Shown piece after piece: positions 23,901 to 36,389 of a stretch of 64,000 bases of DNA. Numbering within the stretch: position 1 is the stretch's first letter; every line of letters starts with the position of its first letter. Location: the NCBI GenBank assembly GCA_030704615.1, contig CM060732.1, positions 28,954,001 to 29,018,000 of the forward strand, in the 5' to 3' direction. The position numbers and the translations under genes were made by a program. Source of the stretch: Takakia lepidozioides (taxonomy: Eukaryota > Plantae > Bryophyta). The notes under the pieces are model-generated. The model did not search any database and had not been told where the DNA came from. It saw nothing but the letters and a program-made list of their open reading frames with translations.

Positions 23901-25073
23901 ATACGAAGACCGAGCCGTGTTTCGTCTTGGAGGTCGGAAGGTGGGGATCGTGGTTGGTCACGTTCAGGACAACACAGCTGCAGGCTTTAGCAAGACGATG
24001 GTTGCGCGATGGTCTGCGTGTGCAAAGCTCTTACGAGTTGTGCGTTCCTTTCGAAGTGGTTTCAGCCCTTACGACTTTGCACAACATGCTCTAACTTCAG
24101 CATAATTGGTTGTTGCATAGTCATAAACTCACGGAGTTAGTTGTATTTGAGAGATATGCAATCGACTATTTGGATGATTTTTATTCTTTGGATCTAGTTC
24201 TCTCTTGTCGAGAACTTGTTTTCATCCACTGGATGACTTTCTCCCACCGAGACTTTTGGACTATTCTCTCCGTACGAGACATCTCTTGGATGGTTTTTCT
24301 CCTCACGAGACATCCACTGGAAGATTGTCCACACGAGGCAGTTCACTCCTAGTAGTATATAAGCGGGGGGTGGGGTTTGTATCTCATTCCTTTTCTTTCC
24401 CACTGATGAGCTCACGCGCTGAGCGAAACTAGTCTGGGGTCTATAAAGATTTGGCTTCACTACTTTGCATGATCTTGCCTCGTGGTCTCACCCTTTGAAG
24501 TTGTCGAGTTTTAGATGCGTTTGTATCCCCTGCTTTAGATCATTGCATTGTTATGTGCTCTGTGTCTATACGGCATGCCATAAACTCCCTTTCGAGTAGT
24601 GCATGTGAGATCTGCATCTAAGTTGTTCCTAGTGTGTCCATTCTCTTGCAAAACAGAGATAGGGTTCTTATTCTCCTGTGCATCCAGTGAAATAGTTCTC
24701 ATACGCACATTTGCCTCTTGCATAAGTTTGCAGTTGCATTTCAGGACACCTCGCATACTTCTATTCTATGCCATAAACTCCCTTTCAAGTAGTGCATGTG
24801 AGATCTGCATCTAAGTTGTTCCTAGTGTGTCCATTCTCTTGCAAAACAGAGATAGGGTTCTTATTCTCCTGTGCATCCAGTGAAATAGTTCTCTTACGCA
24901 CATTTGCCTCTTGCATAGGTTTGCAGTTGCATTTCAGGACACCTCGCATATTTCTATTCTAGTTTCCAGGGGTGCATAACTGGCCCTCCTAAAACTTGTT
25001 TGCCCGGATCGTGTTTATCTTGCACCCGGTGCATCCGCGTTGTACTGCTACACTTGTTTTGACGCTTTATGTG

Positions 25074-25112
25074 AACCCTAAACCCTAAACCCTAAACCCT
25101 AAACTTGTGAGG
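25074..25112 (+). repeat. (CCCTAAA)4 plus CTTGTGAGG linker inside array 1 (duplicated at 30834-30872)
   Basis: Replaces the segment between AACCCTAAAC and AGGACAACAC of a normal unit. Confidence 0.93.
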
Positions 25113-28100
25113 ACAACACAGCTGCAGGCTTTAGCAAGACGATGGTTGCGCGATGGTCTGCGTGTGCAAAGCTCTTACGAGTTGTGCGTTCCTTTCGAAG
25201 TGGTTTCAGCCCTTACGACTTTGCACAACATGCTCTAACTTCAGCATAATTGGTTGTTGCATAGTCATAAACTCACGGAGTTAGTTGTATTTGAGAGATA
25301 TGCAATTGACTATTTGGATGATTTTTATTCTTTGGATCTAGTTCTCTCTTGTCGAGAACTTGTTTTCATCCACTGGATGACTTTCTCCCACCGAGACTTT
25401 TTGGACTATTCTCTCCGTACGAGACGTCTGTTGGATGGTTTTTCTCCTCACGAGACATCCACTGGAAGATTGTCCACACGAGGCAGTTCACTCCTAGTAG
25501 TATATAAGCGGGGGGTGGGGTTTGTATCTCATTCCTTTTCTTTCCCACTGATGAGCTCACGCGCTGAGCGAAACTAGTCTGGGGTCTATAAAGATTTGGC
25601 TTCACTACTTTGCATGATCTTGCCTCGTGGTCTCACCCTTTGAAGTTGTCGAGTTTTAGATGCGTTTGTATCCCCTGCTTTAGATCATTGCATTGTTATG
25701 TGCTCTGTGTCTATACGGCATGCCATAAACTCCCTTTCGAGTAGTGCATGTGAGATCTGCATCTAATTTGTTCCTAGTGTGTCCATTCTCTTGCAAAACA
25801 GAGATAGGGTTCTTATTCTCCTGTGCATCCAGTGAAATAATTCTCATACGCACATTTGCCTCTTGCATAGGTTTGCAGTTGCATTTCAAGACACCTCGCA
25901 TACTTCTATTCTAGTTTCCTGTCTCTCAGGATCTCTCCTTTCAGGTTTGATTCACAGGATCTGAAATTTTTCCAGGGGTGCATAACTGGCCCCCCTAAAA
26001 CTTGTTTGCCCGGATCGTGTTTATCTTGCACCCGGTGCATCCGCGTTGTACTGCTACACTTGTTTTGATGCTTTATGTGAACCCTAAACTTTCTTATAGT
26101 GTTAGCTGCAACACATCTTTAATCGCCTTCACGTAATGGAGGCAGATGTTGATCTTCATTCTTTTGACCAAGCTGCTCATTCATGTGATGAGGCAACAAT
26201 ACGAAGACCGAGCCGTGTTTCTTCTTGGAGATCGGAAGGTGGGGATCGTGGTTGGTCACGTTCAGGACAACACAGCTGCAGGCTTTAGCAAGACGATGGT
26301 TGCGCGATGGTCTGCGTGTGCAAAGCTCTTACGAGTTGTGTGTTCCTTTCGAAGTGGTTTCAGCCCTTACGACTCTGCACAACATGCTCTAACTTCAGCA
26401 TAATTGGTTGTTGCATAGTCATAAACTCACGGAGTTAGTTGTATTTGAGAGATATGCAATTGACTATTTGGATGATTTTTATTCTTTGGATCTAGTTCTC
26501 TCTTGTCGAGAACTTGTTTTCATCCACTGGATGACTTTCTCCCACCGAGACTTTTTGGACTATTCTCTCCGTACGAGACGTCTGTTGGATGGTTTTTCTC
26601 CTCACGAGACATCCACTGGAAGATTGTCCACACGAGGCAGTTCACTCCTAGTAGTATATAAGCGGGGGGTGGGGTTTGTATCTCATTCCTTTTCTTTCCC
26701 ACTGATGAGCTCACGCGCTGAGCGAAACTAGTCTGGGGTCTATAAAGATTTGGCTTCACTACTTTGCATGATCTTGCCTCGTGGTCTCACCCTTTGAAGT
26801 TGTCGAGTTTTAGATGCGTTTGTATCCCCTGCTTTAGATCATTGCATTGTTATGTGCTCTGTGTCTATACGGCATGCCATAAACTCCCTCTCGAGTAGTG
26901 CATGGGAGATCTGCATCTAAGTTGTTCCTAGTGTGTCCATTCTCTTGCAAAACAGAGATAGGGTTCTTATTCTCCTGTGCATCCAGTGAAATAGTTCTCA
27001 TACGCACATTTGCCTCTTGCATAGGTTTGCAGTTGCATTTCAGGACACCTCGCATACTTCTATTCTAGTTTCCTGTCTCTCAGGATCTCTCCTTTCAGGT
27101 TTGATTCACAGGATCTGAAATTTTCCAGGGGTGCATAACTGGCCCCCCTAAAACTTGTTTGCCCGGATCGTGTTTATCTTGCACCCGGTGCATCCGCGTT
27201 GTACTGCTACACTTGTTTTGATGCTTTATGTGAACCCTAAACTTTCTTATAGTGTTAGCTGCAACACATCTTTAATCGCCTTCACGTAATGGAGGCAGAT
27301 GTTGATCTTCATTCTTTTGACCAAGCTGCTCATTCATGTGATGAGGCAACAATACGAAGACCGAGCCGTGTTTCTTCTTGGAGGTCGGAAGGTGGGGATC
27401 GTGGTTGGTCACGTTCAGGACAACACAGCTGCAGGCTTTAGCAAGACGATGGTTGCGCGATGGTCTGCGTGTGCAAAGCTCTTACGAGTTGTGCGTTCCT
27501 TTCGAAGTGGTTTCAGCCCTTACGACTTTGCACAACATGCTCTAACTTCAGCATAATTGGTTGTTGCATAGTCATAAACTCACGGAGTTAGTTGTATTTG
27601 AGAGATATGCAATTGACTATTTGGATGATTTTTATTCTTTGGATCTAGTTCTCTCTTGTCGAGAACTTGTTTTCATCCACTGGATGACTTTCTCCCACCG
27701 AGACTTTTTGGACTATTCTCTCCGTACGAGACATCTGTTGGATGGTTTTTCTCTCACGAGACCTCCACTGGAAGATTGTCCACACGAGGCAGTTCACTCC
27801 TAGTAGTATATAAGCGGGGGGTGGGGTTTGTATCTCATTCCTTTTCTTTCCCACTGATGAGCTCACGCGCTGAGCGAAACTAGTCTGGGGTCTATAAAGA
27901 TTTGGCTTCACTACTTTGCATGATCTTGCCTCGTAGTCTCACCCTTTGAAGTTGTCGAGTTTTAGATGCGTTTGTATCCCCTGCTTTAGATCATTGCATT
28001 GTTATGTGCTCTGTGTCTATACGGCATGCCATAAACTCCCTCTCGAGTAGTGCATGGGAGATCTGCATCTAAGTTGTTCCTAGTGTGTCCATTCTCTTGC

Positions 28101-31100
28101 AAAACAGAGATAGGGTTCTTATTCTCCTGTGCATCCAGTGAAATAGTTCTCATACGCACATTTGCCTCTTGCATAGGTTTGCAGTTGCATTTCAGGACAC
28201 CTCGCATACTTCTATTCTAGTTTCCTGTCTCTCAGGATCTCTCCTTTCAGGTTTGATTCACAGGATCTGAAATTTTTCCAGGGGTGCATAACTGGCCCCC
28301 CTAAAACTTGTTTGCCCGGATCGTGTTTATCTTGCACCCGGTGCATCCGCGTTGTACTGCTACACTTGTTTTGACGCTTTATGTGAACCCTAAACTTTCT
28401 TACAGTGTTAGCTGCAACACATCTTTAATCGCCTTCACGTAATGGAGGCAGATGTTGATCTTCATTCTTTTGACCAAGCTGCTCATTCATGTGATGAGGC
28501 AACAATACGAAGACCGAGCCGTGTTTCGTCTTGGAGGTCGGAAGGTGGGGATCGTGGTTGGACACGTTCAGGACAAACACAGCTGCAGGCTTTAGCAAGA
28601 CGATGGTTGCGCGATGGTCTGCGTGTGCAAAGCTCTTACGAGTTGTGCGTTCCTTTCGAAGTGGTTTCAGCCCTTACGACTTTGCACAACATGCTCTAAC
28701 TTCAGCATAATTGGTTGTTGCATAGTCATAAACTCACGGAGTTAGTTGTATTTGAGAGATATGCAATTGACTATTTGGATGATTTTTATTCTTTGGATCT
28801 AGTTCTCTCTTGTCGAGAACTTGTTTTCATCCACTGGATGACTTTCTCCCACCGAGACTTTTTGGACTATTCTCTCCGTACGAGACATCTGTTGGATGGT
28901 TTTTCTCCGCACGAGACCTCCACTGGAAGATTGTCCACACGAGGCAGTTCACTCCTAGTAGTATATAAGCGGGGGGTGGGGTTTGTATCTCATTCCTTTT
29001 CTTTCCCACTGATGAGCTCACGCGCTGAGCGAAACTAGTCTGGGGTCTATAAAGATTTGGCTTCACTACTTTGCATGATCTTGCCTCGTAGTCTCACCCT
29101 TTGAAGTTGTCGAGTTTTAGATGCGTTTGTATCCCCTGCTTTAGATCATTGCATTGTTATGTGCTCTGTGTCTATACGGCATGCCATAAACTCCCTCTCG
29201 AGTAGTGCATGGGAGATCTGCATCTAAGTTGTTCCTAGTGTGTCCATTCTCTTGCAAAACAGAGATAGGGTTCTTATTCTCCTGTGCATCCAGTGAAATA
29301 GTTCTCATACGCACATTTGCCTCTTGCATAGGTTTGCAGTTGCATTTCAGGACACCTCGCATACTTCTATTCTAGTTTCCTGTCTCTCAGGATCTCTCCT
29401 TTCAGGTTTGATTCACAGGATCTGAAATTTTTCCAGGGGTGCATAACTGGCCCCCCTAAAACTTGTTTGCCCGGATCGTGTTTATCTTGCACCCGGTGCA
29501 TCCGCGTTGTACTGCTACACTTGTTTTGACGCTTTATGTGAACCCTAAACTTTCTTACAGTGTTAGCTGCAACACATCTTTAATCGCCTTCACGTAATGG
29601 AGGCAGATGTTGATCTTCATTCTTTTGACCAAGCTGCTCATTCATGTGATGAGGCAACAATACGAAGACCGAGCCGTGTTTCGTCTTGGAGGTCGGAAGG
29701 TGGGGATCGTGGTTGGTCACGTTCAGGACAACACAGCTGCAGGCTTTAGCAAGACGATGGTTGCGCGATGGTCTGCGTGTGCAAAGCTCTTACGAGTTGT
29801 GCGTTCCTTTCGAAGTGGTTTCAGCCCTTACGACTTTGCACAACATGCTCTAACTTCAGCATAATTGGTTGTTGCATAGTCATAAACTCACGGAGTTAGT
29901 TGTATTTGAGAGATATGCAATCGACTATTTGGATGATTTTTATTCTTTGGATCTAGTTCTCTCTTGTCGAGAACTTGTTTTCATCCACTGGATGACTTTC
30001 TCCCACCGAGACTTTTTGGACTATTCTCTCCGTACGAGACATCTCTTGGATGGTTTTTCTCCTCACGAGACATCCACTGGAAGATTGTCCACACGAGGCA
30101 GTTCACTCCTAGTAGTATATAAGCGGGGGGTGGGGTTTGTATCTCATTCCTTTTCTTTCCCACTGATGAGCTCACGCGCTGAGCGAAACTAGTCTGGGGT
30201 CTATAAAGATTTGGCTTCACTACTTTGCATGATCTTGCCTCGTGGTCTCACCCTTTGAAGTTGTCGAGTTTTAGATGCGTTTGTATCCCCTGCTTTAGAT
30301 CATTGCATTGTTATGTGCTCTGTGTCTATACGGCATGCCATAAACTCCCTTTCGAGTAGTGCATGTGAGATCTGCATCTAAGTTGTTCCTAGTGTGTCCA
30401 TTCTCTTGCAAAACAGAGATAGGGTTGTTATTCTCCTGTGCATCCAGTGAAATAGTTCTCATACGCACATTTGCCTCTTGCATAAGTTTGCAGTTGCATT
30501 TCAGGACACCTCGCATACTTCTATTCTATGCCATAAACTCCCTTTCAAGTAGTGCATGTGAGATCTGCATCTAAGTTGTTCCTAGTGTGTCCATTCTCTT
30601 GCAAAACAGAGATAGGGTTCTTATTCTCCTGTGCATCCAGTGAAATAGTTCTCTTACGCACATTTGCCTCTTGCATAGGTTTGCAGTTGCATTTCAGGAC
30701 ACCTCGCATATTTCTATTCTAGTTTCCAGGGGTGCATAACTGGCCCTCCTAAAACTTGTTTGCCCGGATCGTGTTTATCTTGCACCCGGTGCATCCGCGT
30801 TGTACTGCTACACTTGTTTTGACGCTTTATGTGAACCCTAAACCCTAAACCCTAAACCCTAAACTTGTGAGGACAACACAGCTGCAGGCTTTAGCAAGAC
30901 GATGGTTGCGCGATGGTCTGCGTGTGCAAAGCTCTTACGAGTTGTGCGTTCCTTTCGAAGTGGTTTCAGCCCTTACGACTTTGCACAACATGCTCTAACT
31001 TCAGCATAATTGGTTGTTGCATAGTCATAAACTCACGGAGTTAGTTGTATTTGAGAGATATGCAATTGACTATTTGGATGATTTTTATTCTTTGGATCTA

Positions 31101-34100
31101 GTTCTCTCTTGTCGAGAACTTGTTTTCATCCACTGGATGACTTTCTCCCACCGAGACTTTTTGGACTATTCTCTCCGTACGAGACGTCTGTTGGATGGTT
31201 TTTCTCCTCACGAGACATCCACTGGAAGATTGTCCACACGAGGCAGTTCACTCCTAGTAGTATATAAGCGGGGGGTGGGGTTTGTATCTCATTCCTTTTC
31301 TTTCCCACTGATGAGCTCACGCGCTGAGCGAAACTAGTCTGGGGTCTATAAAGATTTGGCTTCACTACTTTGCATGATCTTGCCTCGTGGTCTCACCCTT
31401 TGAAGTTGTCGAGTTTTAGATGCGTTTGTATCCCCTGCTTTAGATCATTGCATTGTTATGTGCTCTGTGTCTATACGGCATGCCATAAACTCCCTTTCGA
31501 GTAGTGCATGTGAGATCTGCATCTAAGTTGTTCCTAGTGTGTCCATTCTCTTGCAAAACAGAGATAGGGTTCTTATTCTCCTGTGCATCCAGTGAAATAA
31601 TTCTCATACGCACATTTGCCTCTTGCATAGGTTTGCAGTTGCATTTCAAGACACCTCGCATACTTCTATTCTAGTTTCCTGTCTCTCAGGATCTCTCCTT
31701 TCAGGTTTGATTCACAGGATCTGAAATTTTTCCAGGGGTGCATAACTGGCCCCCCTAAAACTTGTTTGCCCGGATCGTGTTTATCTTGCACCCGGTGCAT
31801 CCGCGTTGTACTGCTACACTTGTTTTGATGCTTTATGTGAACCCTAAACTTTCTTATAGTGTTAGCTGCAACACATCTTTAATCGCCTTCACGTAATGGA
31901 GGCAGATGTTGATCTTCATTCTTTTGACCAAGCTGCTCATTCATGTGATGAGGCAACAATACGAAGACCGAGCCGTGTTTCTTCTTGGAGATCGGAAGGT
32001 GGGGATCGTGGTTGGTCACGTTCAGGACAACACAGCTGCAGGCTTTAGCAAGACGATGGTTGCGCGATGGTCTGCGTGTGCAAAGCTCTTACGAGTTGTG
32101 TGTTCCTTTCGAAGTGGTTTCAGCCCTTACGACTCTGCACAACATGCTCTAACTTCAGCATAATTGGTTGTTGCATAGTCATAAACTCACGGAGTTAGTT
32201 GTATTTGAGAGATATGCAATTGACTATTTGGATGATTTTTATTCTTTGGATCTAGTTCTCTCTTGTCGAGAACTTGTTTTCATCCACTGGATGACTTTCT
32301 CCCACCGAGACTTTTTGGACTATTCTCTCCGTACGAGACGTCTGTTGGATGGTTTTTCTCCTCACGAGACATCCACTGGAAGATTGTCCACACGAGGCAG
32401 TTCACTCCTAGTAGTATATAAGCGGGGGGTGGGGTTTGTATCTCATTCCTTTTCTTTCCCACTGATGAGCTCACGCGCTGAGCGAAACTAGTCTGGGGTC
32501 TATAAAGATTTGGCTTCACTACTTTGCATGATCTTGCCTCGTGGTCTCACCCTTTGAAGTTGTCGAGTTTTAGATGCGTTTGTATCCCCTGCTTTAGATC
32601 ATTGCATTGTTATGTGCTCTGTGTCTATACGGCATGCCATAAACTCCCTCTCGAGTAGTGCATGGGAGATCTGCATCTAAGTTGTTCCTAGTGTGTCCAT
32701 TCTCTTGCAAAACAGAGATAGGGTTCTTATTCTCCTGTGCATCCAGTGAAATAGTTCTCATACGCACATTTGCCTCTTGCATAGGTTTGCAGTTGCATTT
32801 CAGGACACCTCGCATACTTCTATTCTAGTTTCCTGTCTCTCAGGATCTCTCCTTTCAGGTTTGATTCACAGGATCTGAAAATTTTCCAGGGGTGCATAAC
32901 TGGCCCCCCTAAAACTTGTTTGCCCGGATCGTGTTTATCTTGCACCCGGTGCATCCGCGTTGTACTGCTACACTTGTTTTGATGCTTTATGTGAACCCTA
33001 AACTTTCTTATAGTGTTAGCTGCAACACATCTTTAATCGCCTTCACGTAATGGAGGCAGATGTTGATCTTCATTCTTTTGACCAAGCTGCTCATTCATGT
33101 GATGAGGCAACAATACGAAGACCGAGCCGTGTTTCTTCTTGGAGGTCGGAAGGTGGGGATCGTGGTTGGTCACGTTCAGGACAACACAGCTGCAGGCTTT
33201 AGCAAGACGATGGTTGCGCGATGGTCTGCGTGTGCAAAGCTCTTACGAGTTGTGCGTTCCTTTCGAAGTGGTTTCAGCCCTTACGACTTTGCACAACATG
33301 CTCTAACTTCAGCATAATTGGTTGTTGCATAGTCATAAACTCACGGAGTTAGTTGTATTTGAGAGATATGCAATTGACTATTTGGATGATTTTTATTCTT
33401 TGGATCTAGTTCTCTCTTGTCGAGAACTTGTTTTCATCCACTGGATGACTTTCTCCCACCGAGACTTTTTGGACTATTCTCTCCGTACGAGACGTCTGTT
33501 GGATGGTTTTTCTCCTCACGAGACATCCACTGGAAGATTGTCCACACGAGGCAGTTCACTCCTAGTAGTATATAAGCGGGGGGTGGGGTTTGTATCTCAT
33601 TCCTTTTCTTTCCCACTGATGAGCTCACGCGCTGAGCGAAACTAGTCTGGGGTCTATAAAGATTTGGCTTCACTACTTTGCATGATCTTGCCTCGTGGTC
33701 TCACCCTTTGAAGTTGTCGAGTTTTAGATGCGTTTGTATCCCCTGCTTTAGATCATTGCATTGTTATGTGCTCTGTGTCTATACGGCATGCCATAAACTC
33801 CCTCTCGAGTAGTGCATGGGAGATCTGCATCTAAGTTGTTCCTAGTGTGTCCATTCTCTTGCAAAACAGAGATAGGGTTCTTATTCTCCTGTGCATCCAG
33901 TGAAATAGTTCTCATACGCACATTTGCCTCTTGCATAGGTTTGCAGTTGCATTTCAGGACACCTCGCATACTTCTATTCTAGTTTCCTGTCTCTCAGGAT
34001 CTCTCCTTTCAGGTTTGATTCACAGGATCTGAAATTTTTCCAGGGGTGCATAACTGGCCCCCCTAAAACTTGTTTGCCCGGATCGTGTTTATCTTGCACC

Positions 34101-34152
34101 CGGTGCATCCGCGTTGTACTGCTACACTTGTTTTGACGCTTTATGTGAACCC

Positions 34153-34733
34153 ATCTCTTTTCCTTCTCTTTCCCACTGATGAGCTCACGCGCTGAGCGAA
34201 ACTAGTTTGGGGATTATAGAGATTCGCTTTGCTGCATCTTGTGTTCTTGTCTCTTTGTCTCATTGGCGGCGTTGTTGTTGTTGTTGAGTTTTAGATTTGA
34301 TCTTCTGCATAGTTCATTGCATTCATTTGCTTTGTGTCTATTGTAGTGCATGTTTTAAACTCCTTTTCGAGTGTTACATGTTAGATCTCCTTCTAAGACT
34401 GCTCTTTAGTGTGTCTATTCTCTTTCTCAGAGATAGGTTACTATTCTCCTGTCCTTACAGTGAACTAGTTTCATCACACACACTTGCCTCTTGCATATAC
34501 TTGCATTTGCACTTTAGAACGTTGCAACATCACTCCCACTCTGTTCTATTCTAGTTTTGTGTCTCAGGATCGATTCTTTTAGTTTTGATTCACAGGCTAG
34601 ATATTTCTACAAGCTTTCTAAGGTGTCCATAACTGGCCCCCCTAAAAACTTGTTTGCACTTTGCTACTAATGCACCCGGTGCATTCGCGGTTCGAACTCT
34701 GTTGCACTGCTACATGTATTTGTTTCCACTCTT
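34153..34733 (+). mobile_element. Family B pseudo-LTR fragment (with hammerhead) embedded between C units
   Basis: Reverse complement of about 14728-15309. Begins exactly at ATCTC; hammerhead at about 34171-34212. Confidence 0.9.
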
Positions 34734-35303
34734 TCCCACTGATGAGCTCACGCGCTGAGCGAAACTAGTCTGGGGTCTATAAAGATTTGGCTTCACTACT
34801 TTGCATGATCTTGCCTCGTAGTCTCACCCTTTGAAGTTGTCGAGTTTTAGATGCGTTTGTATCCCCTGCTTTAGATCATTGCATTGTTATGTGCTCTGTG
34901 TCTATACGGCATGCCATAAACTCCCTCTCGAGTAGTGCATGGGAGATCTGCATCTAAGTTGTTCCTAGTGTGTCCATTCTCTTGCAAAACAGAGATAGGG
35001 TTCTTATTCTCCTGTGCATCCAGTGAAATAGTTCTCATACGCACATTTGCCTCTTGCATAGGTTTGCAGTTGCATTTCAGGACACCTCGCATACTTCTAT
35101 TCTAGTTTCCTGTCTCTCAGGATCTCTCCTTTCAGGTTTGATTCACAGGATCTGAAATTTTTCCAGGGGTGCATAACCGGCCCCCCTAAAACTTGTTTGC
35201 CCGGATCGTGTTTATCTTGCACCCGGTGCACCCGCGTTGTACTGCTACACTTGTTTTGACGCTTTATGTGAACCCTAAACCCTAAACCCTAAACTTGTGA
35301 GGG
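34730..35303 (+). mobile_element. Partial C unit (hammerhead to telomeric motif) plus (CCCTAAA)3 and CTTGTGAGGG linker
   Basis: Matches the C unit; telomeric tract at 35271-35294. Confidence 0.9.
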
Positions 35304-36389
35304 TTCCAACTATTTAATTTGGACCATTGACTAATTAATGCAGTCTTGACTTGGAGGCTAAATTAGTGCTTTAGTGGCATTATTATTGCCTTGGGAATTA
35401 TCCCATATCGTTTGCACATAGTGAGGGTGCTTTTCTAGTATATAAGGATAGGCTTGGCTCTTAGGACTTCATCTCTTGGTGTTCCACTGATGAGCTTGAG
35501 CAATCAAGCGAAACTTGTTTGGAATAAAACACCTTAACTTTTTTTGTGTCTCCACATTTAGAGAAGTCGAGAGTCTAGTCCTTGCCCGCCCGGGCAACTT
35601 GGATCGAAGGGGTGCTCGGCTCCGAGGGGAATCCCAACCCTTGGATACTTCCGAGGCCTTTTTTCTTTCCAAAGCACGGGCGTATAGAGCCTTCCGTTTG
35701 ACGCCATCTTAGCCACCGCTTACAATGGGGAAGGCGGCTGGGGGTATATGGTAATCGTGTCGGGCAAGCTAATTTAGCCCCGACTACACGGTTCCCCCTG
35801 TCGTACGCCCGATGGTCGGAGAGAAGGGATTTGGTTGATCCTCCCTCGAGTTCATCTCGAGCGATCAGAGGACTATGGGCATGCGCAAGCCTGCCGACCT
35901 AACCTTCTCGTCGATGACCTTATGCGGTAATCCCTCCCATTCTTCCTTAGAGGTACGAACCTCTTTTTGAAGGTGGGGCATATAAGTTTTCCAACTAGGG
36001 GTTGAGACTTGACCCTATGTTTGTGAGTGCCTTGAGCGCATGCTTGCCCATAGTGAGCAAGATTTTTGTCGCTAAACAAGGAGAAGCAAACATAAAAAAG
36101 CTTACAGTTGGAACGAAAGTGCCTCATTCTTCAATTAGAGAACCTTATCTCGTGAGGGCGGGAGTCCTTGCATAAGACATAATAGTCTTATTGCATCCCT
36201 TTAGGCACGATAGGCGCACTTTGTATGCATTTGTCTTGGTTTCCATTGCATTTGTATTTGGGTCCGAACCGGCCCCCCTTAATTTTTACTGTGTCTTTTT
36301 CCAGTATTTTTCTACTTTTTGTTACTTTTGCAAGCCTTTGCTAACCACCCTAAACCCTAAACCCTAAACCCCTAAACCCCTAAACCCTA
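35300..36389 (+). mobile_element. 5'-truncated family A copy (pseudo-LTR only; hammerhead 35478-35533) ending in telomeric tract 36347-36389
   Basis: Near-identical to 11769-12820. Confidence 0.92.

Larger units (their letters stand above)
19907..34152 (+). mobile_element. Tandem array 1 of non-autonomous PLE derivative C (about 12.4 units of 1153-1154 bp, one hammerhead each)
   Basis: Hammerhead cores near 20943, 22095, 23250, 24403, 25548, 26702, 27854, 29009, 30163, 31308, 32462 and 33616. The unit is homologous to the family B pseudo-LTR. Confidence 0.92.
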
